Source of the DNA: Eimeria praecox
Lineage: Eukaryota
Length of the DNA stretch: 64,000 bases
Assembly: GCA_963920595.1 (NCBI GenBank)
Contig: OY986950.1
Coordinates: forward strand, 620,001 to 684,000
Reading direction: 5' to 3'
This document shows, one piece after another, positions 1 through 28,284 of the stretch (its first letter is position 1; each line of letters opens with the position of its first letter). The notes below the pieces were generated by a model. That model worked only from the letters and a program-made list of their open reading frames with translations, searched no databases and was not told the DNA's origin. Made by a program: the position numbers and the translations under genes.

Positions 1-34
1 CTATGAGTGCACTACAGTTAAGCCTCCTCAATAC

Positions 35-277
35 ACCCTAAACCCTAAACCCTAAACCCTAAACCCTAATCCCCCGTAAGCTAATTGTTTGGGGCTTTAG
101 CTTGATGTTCTTGAGATTGTTTCCTACATTCCTTAGCTACTCCAAGCTGTGCATGCAAATATGCATCTGTGGGTATGTTGGGTATTTGTAAACAACTTTG
201 TCTGTCTTCGAATCAGACAGTAGGGTTTTAATATATGTCAGAGAAGTTAGAGAATATCGGGTTGAAGAGGATCGGGT

Positions 278-320
<43 letters not shown>

Positions 321-832
321 GAGAGAGAGGGAGAGAGAAAGAGAGAGAGAGAGAGACGCATGTCTCCTCTGCGTAAGATAAGAATTTCCTCAACTTCAAT
401 TAGTATTGAAGGATATAGAGTGGCAATCACTGTAGAAACGTGGGAGTTCTTCTTTCATTTTCTTTATCAAGCCCCCTTGTTTTTTATGTTTATCATTCTA
501 TGATCTAGATTCTGTAGAGTGATGTAGTTGCGCGAGAATGATATTAACGCCTTCCTCTCTCTCTGTCAATGTCGATGATCTTAAGGAAGCTGTAGATCTT
601 TCAGATGCAGTTAGTGTTTATAAGACTTACCTTCTCTAGTTTCTTTAAACTTAAAGAGGGGATGAGAGGGGCGAATTGATTGAATCTACTCAAGAAAACT
701 TAAATGCTATCACAGACTTTTTGGTGCCGGCGAACTCGCTATGAAATGTATAGAAATATCTTTCTAATTCTGCGGGAGAATTGAAGGATTAAGCAACAAT
801 AAGCTTTGAGAGTGTTCTGCGGCTTTAGATCT

Positions 833-868
<36 letters not shown>

Positions 869-1940
869 GTAGCCTCAGAGGTCTTACCCACCGCCCCTTG
901 GATTAGCTGACAAACTCCTTCATTGTGTTATCTTCTCTTTAAACGGGACTGTCGTTCACAACCCCAATATCAATAAGCTGTGGCTCCACCTCTCAACCCT
1001 AAACCCTAAACCCTAAACCCTAAACCCTAAACCCCAAACCTTCTTCTTCTTCTACTTTCTCTAAGACCATACATATGAAGTTTGTTTATTTCTTCGATTG
1101 TTACTCTGTCTCTTTATTATTATTATGGCAATCTTGACGGTTGCCACCCCTCTACCCCTCTGCTTCCTCCCCACAGATCCCCAATCTACAGATTGTCTGA
1201 GAGAGACAATCCGTAGCTTGGGGATAGAAAGAAAAGATCTTTCTCATAGAAAGATTTTTTCTATGCGGGGTTGAAAGACAGTTTCATCAAATTCGATTGT
1301 GGGCTTCGGCATACTAAGGATTGATACTTCTTAATCAAATTTTCATAGATATCTTCGCCCCTCCACCTTCGTTTTCTTCAACCCTCCTCCGCCTATTCCC
1401 TTAACAACCTCACAACACACCCCCCATAAGAAACCATCCATAATCCTGATGTCTTTCAGATAAGAGAGCCCTGTGTTTAGATATTAGCTAGCAACATTTT
1501 GAATCTCTCTCAGCTAGAGATATTAAAATATCATTAGTAATTGTAGCTTGTATATGTACACCTGCGGATACACCGCAAAGAAAACTACGAATTCTTCACA
1601 ACTTCCTCAGATTTCGATTATTTACAAAACCAGAAAAATTTTTTCATGAATTTTTTTTTGCAGGAAAAAATAAATTTGATTAAATATAATTATAACTCGA
1701 TTTAAATCGAGTTATATTTTATTTTATTTTATTTAAATTTAAATAAAATCTCTCCCCTCTTTTCTTTTCAAATCGTTTGTCTTCAAGAATATTTAGTGTA
1801 ATCCATGGGTGTACTCCAAGCATATAAAGCTCTTCGCCTCCTTTTGGCAAGGCTATTCAGATAGCCTTCCAACCCTAAACCCTAAACCCTAAACCCTAAG
1901 CCCTAAACCCTAAACCCTAAACCCTAAACCCTAAACCCTA
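35..1940. repeat. Interstitial telomere-like (AAACCCT)n arrays at 35-69, 996-1040 and 1870-1940
   Basis: Direct reading of CCCTAAA tandem units. Confidence 0.95.
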
Positions 1941-2514
1941 AGTGAGCCTCTCCCATATTTGGAGGCTCTTGTTGCTACTAGTCCCTAATCAAATTAACTA
2001 TGCAGTGCTATCGAGAGTAGAGCGAGTCCCTCAATCTTAGGAGAGAAACATTGTGTGTGTTGTAACAGAGTCAAAAAAACTTAAGATAAGGCCTTCCAAA
2101 GAATAGCTGAGCTCCCCTCCCCCCCTTCTTCAGGCCCCTTGCTTCTGTTCTATGTATATCAACAAAAGAACCTGGGGCTGGTGAGAGGATGAGGCTAGCC
2201 AGCTGTGAGTTGCAGCACTCCTTGCTGCAGCTCGTGCTTCAAGACAGCATCGCCTACTCCTCTCTGCTGCATGCACTCAGCTCTTAGATTCTTAAAAATT
2301 GATGAATACGTGGCATTCGGTAGCTCGGCTGCATGCAAGTAGATATGCTGATACTACTTCGAAAAAGCTACAGCTTAGGTTTGTTCCTTGTTGTGGGGCA
2401 ATGGGGGTCTCTACAGCCCACGACAGCTAGCCAAAGCATCTCACAGCTAGCCACAGCTAACCGTCGTTATCCACAGCTAGCGAGGACAGCTCCCAGGACC
2501 ACACAGCGCCCCAT

Positions 2515-2792
2515 GGCTAGCTGCAGCTAGCCGTAGCTAGCCGTAGCCAGCCGTAGCTAGCTGTAGCTAGCTGTAGCTAGCTGTAGCTAGCTGTAGCTAC
2601 CCGTAGCTAGCTGTAGCTATCCATAGCTAGCTGTAGATAGCCGTAGCTAGCCGCAGCTAGCCGTAGCTAGTTGCACCTAGCTGTAGTTAGCTGTAGCTAG
2701 CCGTAGCTATTCGCTGCTAGTTGTAGCTATCCGTAGCTATCCGTAGCTCTCCGTAGCTCTCCGTAGCTAGCTGTAGCTAGCTGTAGCTAGCC
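2515..2792. repeat. 10-bp minisatellite (TAGCTAGCTG/TAGCTAGCCG)n
   Basis: About 27 degenerate 10-bp units with a self-complementary TAGCTA core, abutting the stop codon at 2796. Confidence 0.9.
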
Positions 2793-2795
2793 AGG

Positions 2796-20751
<17,956 letters not shown>

Positions 20752-21845
20752 TGACGTCTCTTTTCTGTTTCCTCGGGTTTGAAGAACAAGTTAAAATATA
20801 TTTTTTACTGTTTTCTTCTGATAAGAGAAGCCGGAACACCTAAGTTTGAGGCCGCCGCTCCAACAGCGGACAGACGGCAGAGGCCATGGCGATATTTAGG
20901 TGTACATACACCCCACGCAGCAGGAGAAGACGCGGGAGAAAGTTGTATAGAGCCAAATGCCCTGAAAACAGGTTTGTCTGCGGTGTATGTACACCTGAAT
21001 GCGCCTGCTGACAAACAGGTGGACCGCTGGCAGTATGTGATGCTGGGTGGGGGGTCTAACGAGGGAAAGGCGTATATAATTGCAGTGTGTATTTATTTTT
21101 AATTAATTTATATTTTCTTAAAAGTATATTTATTAAAGATAAACACACAGACTACTTCACCCCTCCCCCTCAAATGCTGCTTCGTGTAGCCCCCGCGCAG
21201 CAGCTCCGCCGCAGTGTTACCTTGACGCTGAGGTAGAGGGGCTGGTTGGCGTATTTCGTGTTTATTATCTGTTGAATTGTATGAAATTTATATTTATATA
21301 TCTCAACAAAAACTCAAAATTACTTAGCGTTAAGTTTTGAAGCGTCAGGTGTACAGACACCTCGGTCTCGGATTCGGCGCGCGTGCGGTGTTGTTGGTCT
21401 ACGTGTGTCGTTATTTGTTGTTTTCGCATTATTTTTGCGGTTTATTTATCTTTTTTAATATATTAAAAGATATATTTTTAGAATATCTTTTTATTTTCTC
21501 TCGTTCTTCTTTTTTTTGAGTGGTTACTTGCCACGGGTACCCTCCTTCATCGACATGTACGGATGGGTTCGACACTCCACGCTATATTTTCTTGCTTTCT
21601 CGCGCCTTCTGTTCTTTCTTTGAGTCTTTTCTATTATATATTAAACCCTTGTATCTCCTAGTTGAGAGGATTCGGCTAGGGTCCCCCAGCAAGCCCTCTT
21701 CAGAGCTCTGTCTGTATCTTGAGGCGTGTGTGTTTACTCTCTTCTCCTCTCTCATCCCCTCTTCGGTTGGCGGGTGAGTCGAGGGTCTTTCTGTACCCTT
21801 CGTTGCTGCTTCTGCTGCTGCTGCTGCTGCAGCAGGGGAAGCAAG

Positions 21846-21876
<31 letters not shown>

Positions 21877-22176
21877 GCTGCTGCTGCTGCTGCTGCTGGT
21901 AGACCTCCTTCATGTTCAAATGTACTTGTGTGGAGATGTCGAGGGCGTCTGTCCTTTTTATATATGCAGCTGAGCAGTTGTATATCGCACCTCCACCATC
22001 AGCAGCAACAGCAGCAACAGCAGCAACAGCTGCAGCAGCTGCTGCAGCATCATCTGCTGTTGCTGCTGCTGCTGTTGCTGCAGCAGCTGCTGCTGCGGAG
22101 GCGACGATTAGTTTGTTATTTGTGTGTTTTGAATGCTGTTTGACTCAGCTCCATCTTTGTTTATTTTGTCTCGCCG

Positions 22177-25100
22177 ATGACAGACAGAAAATCGTCAAAG
22201 ACGCGAGCTGCAGCAGCAGCAGCAGCAAAATACGCTGTATCCTCTCCTGGTGCAGCATCAACATCATCAGCACCATCAACATCAACAGCAGCAACAGCAG
22301 CAGCAACAGCAGCAGCAGGTGTTGCTGCTTCTCTTCCTACCCCTCTTGTTGCACCTGCAGGCAGTAATGTCTCTCATAGGCTGGCAGACTTAGGGAGAAG
22401 CCTCCTCTCTCGTTTATCCTTCGTCCCTCAGACTTCTCAGTTTGTTGATAAGGGGACGATGACACCGCAGGAGTTTATTGATGCTGGAGATCTACTCGTA
22501 TTCAAATTCCCTACATGGCAGTGGTCAGGGTTTAGGGTTTTGGGTTAGGGTTTAGGGTTTGGGGTTAGGGTTTGGGGTTAGGGTTTGGGGTTAGGGTTTA
22601 GGGTTTAGGGATCTTTTAGATGACTTGAGAGGCGGTGTGGCTGTTGGCGTTGCGAATGTCCCTGCTGCCGCTGTTGCTGCTGCTGCTGTTGCTGCTGCTG
22701 CCGCTGCTGCATTTTGAAATACGGGTTTAGGGTTTAGGGTTTAGGGTTTAGGGTTTGGGGTGTCTGTACACCTTAGGGAGCCTGCAGTGGGCAAGCGAGT
22801 AAACAGTTGGCTGCCGCCAGATAAACAATTTCTTGTTACTAGAGGAGTTGCTTGCCACAGGAGAGTACGAGATATCGAGGCCTCCCTCAACGCCGAGGTT
22901 AGGGTTTAGGGTTTAAGGTTTAGGGTTTAGGGTTTAGGGTTTAGGGTTTAGAGGGTGCTGAGGAGCTGAACTCCCGCTTGTGTACGAGGTTTTTAGAGTA
23001 TTTGGTATTATACGCAAAGGGCTCATATTTGAAGAATATCTCGTGTTTAGGGTTTAGGGTTTAGGGTTTAGGGTTTAGGGTTTAGGGTTTAGGGTTTGGG
23101 CGTGTAGGCTAGAGAAGATGCAGAGGGTTGGGTGCTGCCGATAGACGCAGATCCTGAGGAATTACAAGGGGAGTCTGCGGTGTCTTTGGGGGGCTCGACG
23201 GACAGACAGACCTCTCGAGAGGCTTCGACAGGTTAGCTAGGGTTTAGGGTTTAGGGTTTAGGGTTTGGGGTTTGGGGGCAGTAAGGTCTAGGCGCGGGTG
23301 GGGGAACAGGGCTTAGGGGCTAGGGGCTGGGGTTTAGGGTTTAGGAGCTGGACGTAAGGATTTAGAGGCTGGGTTTCAGGGTTTAGGGATGGGGTTTAGG
23401 GTTTAGGGTCTAGGGTTTAGGGTCTAGGGTTTAGGGTTTAGGGTCTAGGGTTTAGGGTTTGTCTCTTTTACGCCCCAGGCGATGGCATTTCTTCGCTCCC
23501 AGAGCCAGCGGTAAGAGCAGCTTAATGAGGGCTTGCAGATGCAGGCTGTCAAGGGTTTAGGGTTTAGGGTTTAGGGTTTAGGGTTTAGGGTGTGAGGCTG
23601 CAGGGTGGCGCGTTGCCAGACTTGAAGAACCTTCGGGACCTCGATAGTCTCCTCTGCGAGGCAAGACAAAACCCTAAACCCTAAACCCTAAACCCTATCT
23701 CCTGAGTGTGAATTCCTTATCTTTGTGTTCTAAACCCTAAACCCTAAACCCTAGAACCCCGACGCAACGCCTTATGCAATAGACAAAGCGTGCGTTGAAG
23801 GGGGAGGATGTTTGAATGAGAGGGTTTAGGGTTTAGGGTTTAGGGTTTAGGGTTTAGGGTTTAGGGTTTAGGGTTTGGGGGCGCAGGATGACCCGGCGTG
23901 TGCGGAGTCCTCGACTTCTTACTTTGTCCGCCAAGCCCCCGATGCCGGTAGGCGAGGGTAGCTACTGGTTAGGGTTTAGGGTTTAGGGTTTAGAGATTAG
24001 GGTTTAGGGTTTAGGGTTTAGGGTTTAGGGTTTTGCGGGTGTGGGGCAGACGTACTGAGTGTGAGGACGTACGACCTAAGCATTACGTACGATAAGTACT
24101 TTCAGACGCCGCGGCTTTGGCTGTTTGGCTATAACGAGGTGGGGAGGGTTTAGGGTTTAGGGTTTAGGGTTTAGGGTTTAGGGTTTAAAGTTATGGGGTT
24201 TAGGGTTTAGGGTTTAGTGTTTGGAGTTATGTGGTTTAGGGTTTAGGGTTTAGGGTTTGGAGTTATCGGGTTTAGAGTTAAAGGTTTAGGGTTTAGGGTT
24301 TAGGATTTAGAGTTTAGATAGAGCTGCAGACTGTAGGGTTTGAAGCGTACGGTTTAGGGTTTAGGGTTTAGGGTTTAGAGTTTAGAAAGAACGGTAGAGT
24401 ATATAATATATTTATGTATTTATGTACTATGCAAAGACGAGAGAGGAAGACAGAGACAGAAAAGAGACAGAGACAGAAAGGAGACAGAGACAGAAAGGAG
24501 ACAGACGCCCGATGTAGAAGGAGAGAGCTCAGCAGTTTAAAACAGGAGACAGAAAAAAGTGAAGGAGACAGGTAGAGGGGAGAGATAGACGACAGAGACA
24601 GAGACAGAGAGAGACAGAGAGACAGAGGGGGAGACAGAGAGAGACAGAGAGAGACAGAGAGAGAGGGAGACAGAGAGAGAGACAGAGAAGAACACGTAAC
24701 ATACATACAAGTATGAGAGAAGGGAGAGAATAGATGTAGGAAAGACAGGATTAGCTCTAAACCCTAAACCCTAGTTGATTTAGAGAGACAGAGAGAGAGA
24801 GAGACAGAGGGAGAGAGAGAGACAGAGGGAGAGAGAGGGGACGCGTTGTTTTTGTTAACAGTGCAGACCTCGCGTCTTATATTCTGCTTGTGTTCAACAT
24901 ACCAGGGTTTAGGGTTTAGGATCTAGGGTTTAGGGTTTAGGGTTTGGAGTTTAGGGTTTAGGGTTTGGGTTCAGAGCGGCACGCCATTAACGCCTGCGGA
25001 GATATTTGAAGATATACTCACAGACTACGCAGCTAAGACCGTTACAGTTGATCCTCACCCCTGTACAGGGGTCCCTACAGCCTCTATTCATCCTTGCAAG

Positions 25101-25859
25101 TGAGGGTCTAGGGTTTAGGGTTTAGGGTTTAGGGTTTAGGGTTTGGGAACACAGGGGATGATAGCGTTGATGCTTAGGGTTGCGGGAGAGAGTCTAGGGT
25201 TGAGGGTTTAGGGTCTAGGGTTTAGGGTTTAGGGTTTAGGGTTGGGGATGGAGGTATAGAATGTGTGGGGGGAATAGGAAACGAAGGTGACGGAGTGAGG
25301 GTTTAGGGTTTAGGGTTTAGGGTTTAGGGTTTAGGGTTTGGGTTTAGGCATGCTCAAGTGATGAAGAAGGTCGTCGATCATTGGCGTTCGCAGGGCGTAG
25401 AGCCTCGGTAAGAGAAACGTAGAGGGCATTCCTTCAGGGTTTAGGGTTTAGGGTTTAGGGTTTAGGGTTTAGAATTTAGGGACTAGGGTTAAGGGTTTAG
25501 GGTTTAGTGTTTTTAGTATATTGTTCTCATGTTTTTGTCTGTTTCTGTTCATTCCCGCGTCTCTTAGGGTTCCCTATGGTTTAGGGTTTAGGGTTTAGGG
25601 TTTAGGGTTTAGGGTTTTCTTGGTTTTGTCTGTATGTATGTTTATTTTCTTGTTTCTACTCTTCTTCTATCTTTGCATGCGCCTCTCCTTTTTTTCGAGT
25701 GTACGTACACCTCAACTTATCTCCCCCTCATCAGCTTACCTGTCTATCGGCTCTTCTACTTCTTGCTCTCTCCTTTGTTGCTGCTGCTGCTGCTGCCGCT
25801 GCTGCTGCTCCCGCTTCTGCTGCTGCTGCTCCCGTTGCTGCTGTTGCTGCTGCTGCTGT

Positions 25860-25893
<34 letters not shown>

Positions 25894-26026
25894 TTTTGTA
25901 TACAGGCCTGACTTGGCTTTAATAGTGTTGTTAAAGTTTATTTCGAGTGTAGTGCCAACCATCGACTATGATTTTACGATGGATATAGATATGGGATTAT
26001 GTGGGCCGCAAACAAACAAATCTTAA
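22177..26026 (+). CDS. ATG3: Autophagy E2-like enzyme ATG3 (~378 aa, 10 exons)
   Basis: Exons 22177-22523, 22777-22897, 23108-23231, 23479-23510, 23604-23660, 23887-23947, 24050-24138, 24975-25099, 25348-25407, 25906-26026 (1137 nt, in frame). ATG3 motifs present: [59 protein letters not shown], catalytic SIHPCKHAQVMKK, and [16 protein letters not shown]. Confidence 0.96.
22527..25616 (+). repeat. (TTTAGGG)n arrays in all nine ATG3 introns
   Basis: Direct reading. The G-rich strand is the sense strand, except for short CCCTAAA blocks at 23669-23753 and 24757-24773. Confidence 0.95.
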
Positions 26027-26047
26027 CCCCGAACAAAGCCCCAAATC

Positions 26048-26070
26048 GCATGCATGCATGCATGCATGCA
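26048..26070. promoter_or_regulatory. Concatenated TGCATGCA octamers (coccidian motif)
   Basis: GCATGCATGCATGCATGCATGCA just after the ATG3 stop. Further copies occur at e.g. 149, 29317, 43603 and 54423. TGCATGCA is a known abundant Eimeria motif and an ApiAP2-type site; function here is unproven. Confidence 0.5.
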
Positions 26071-26324
26071 GCTGGCCCTTGTATGCTGCTGCAACTTTCT
26101 TTTCTGAACAACACCTTTATATATGGGGGCAGATAATATAGTATTTGGGGCTGTAGCCCCTCACAGAGTAAGCTGTCTTCATCTAGCTCCTTAGTCTGCA
26201 TATAAAAATAATGGGGATCCGAAGGGGGGCCCCAGGGGATCTTATGGGGGGCCCGGGGGAATATGTGGGGGCCCCACGGGATCCTATGGGGGCCCCGGGG
26301 TACCTTTGGGGGCCCCTGGGTACC

Positions 26325-26572
26325 CTGTAGGGGGATCCCTGGGTACCCTGTAGGGGCCCCTGGGTACCCTGTAGGGGCCCCTGGGTACCCTGTAGGGGCC
26401 CCTGACTACCCTGTAGGGGCCCCTGGGTACCCTGTAGGGGCCCCTGACTACCGTGTAGGGGCCCCTGACTACCGTGTAGGGGCCCCTGACTACCCTGTAG
26501 GGGCCCCTGACTACCCTGTAGGGGCCCCTGACTACCCTGTAGGGGCCCTTGACTACCCTGTAGGGGCCCTCC
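26325..26572. repeat. 21-bp GC-rich minisatellite (CCCTGTAGGGGCCCCTGACTA / ...GGGTA)n, about 11 copies
   Basis: Direct reading. Each unit has the palindromic core AGGGGCCCCT. It lies downstream of the ATG3 stop. Confidence 0.92.
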
Positions 26573-27467
26573 AATCCCTCTTTAGGGTACCTGTAAAACC
26601 CAAGTATATACAACCTTGGGGGCCCCCGTAGCGTAAGGGGCCCCTCAGGGTGTTTAAGGAGGGCCCTTTGAATATCTATGTTTTTGTGTATCGAAGTAAG
26701 AAGGGGATGATATATAAAATATAATAAACAAGTTTATTATTTTGTGTTTTGTTTGTGAAGAAGAATTTGTTTCTTTTTTACAGATATAACTTCACGCACT
26801 TTCTTAATAAACAAACTCTTTTATGTTTGTTTGACTCTTGGAGAAACAGCCTTTGTATGTTCTGTTTATATGTTTATATAGGTATATACATGTATATACA
26901 TGTATATACATGTATATATATATATAGGTATAGATAGATAGATGTAGATATATAGATATAGATATATATAGAAATATATAGATAGAGATAGAGAGATAGA
27001 TAGATAGATAGATAGATAGATACATAGATATAGATAGATATACACAGATATAGATAGGTAGAGATAGATAGATAAGATCGATAGGATATATATATATATA
27101 CATCTATGTTTGTATGTATATTCTAACTATCTACTCTCCCTCTACGTGCTGCTTGCAACAGGCAGCCTCCTCCTCCCTTTGCTCGTCTCTTACGCCGTCT
27201 CTTTTTTATTTAATTTAAAATAATTTAAATTAAATTAAATTAAGATAATTTAAACATCAAACCTCTCATCTAACATTTCTATCAAACTTCTTACTTCTCT
27301 CCTCGTTAGTTGATTACTTACTACGTTTCATAGTTTTTCTCTCCTTTGTTTGTTGAATTGCTGTTGCTAGTTTAGATATTTGAGGCATTTTAAACCCCTA
27401 AAGACTATCCTTACAATGACAGAAAGCCTCTTCTACTTGTTATGTTGAGTTTGCAATGCTAGTAATG

Positions 27468-27659
27468 CGTGTACACCTCAGGTGCTATGTACACCTCAGG
27501 TGTATGTACACCTCAGGTGTATGTACACCTCAGGTGTATGTACACCTGAGGCGTATGCACACCTCAGGTATTGTACGTACACCTCATGTGATGTATGTAC
27601 ACCTCAAATGTTGTATGTACACCTCAGGTGTATATACACCTGAGGTGTATGTACACCGC
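27468..27659. repeat. Tandem array of a 17-bp palindromic unit GGTGTATGTACACCTCA, about 11 copies
   Basis: Direct reading. Several exact units at about 27499-27547, with others carrying 1-3 nt insertions. Confidence 0.92.
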
Positions 27660-27828
27660 AAAAACAGCACATATTTGGGGTCTGAAGTTGAAAGAAAGGA
27701 AATATTGGCCTCTGCCTACGGAGATAATTAACGAAGACAGTGGCTGTTTGGTAACAGAATAAACTACAGCCCCTGTCAGCTCTAACGACAGCAGCAACGT
27801 CTCTCTCCCTCTCTCTCTCTCTCTCTCG

Positions 27829-27865
<37 letters not shown>

Positions 27866-28046
27866 TAGATAGATAGATAGATAGATATAGATATAGATAT
27901 AGATATAGATATAGATATAGATATAGATATAGATATAGATATAGATATAGATATAGATATAGATATAGATATTGATATAGATATAAAAGAAAGGCCACTC
28001 TATGGGGGTATTAATAACAACAACCCCACCACCGCATGCAAGAGCC

Positions 28047-28084
<38 letters not shown>

Positions 28085-28217
28085 AGAAGAGAGAGAGAGA
28101 GAGCAACAACACCTGCTGTCTAATATATATGCGCCTGTCTAGACAGGTTATTATGGCTTCTAATGCTGCAGCTGTCTTGCACGCAACGAAAGCTCCTAAC
28201 TCACTCAGCAGCAGCAC

Positions 28218-28284
<67 letters not shown>

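Noticed and set aside
22527..25616. True chromosome end (telomere)
   Set aside because: The arrays are short, degenerate, in both orientations and interleaved with ATG3 exons, so they are interstitial.
27468..27659. CRISPR-like array of palindromic repeats
   Set aside because: There are no unique spacers (only 3-6 nt linkers) and no cas genes, and the context is eukaryotic.
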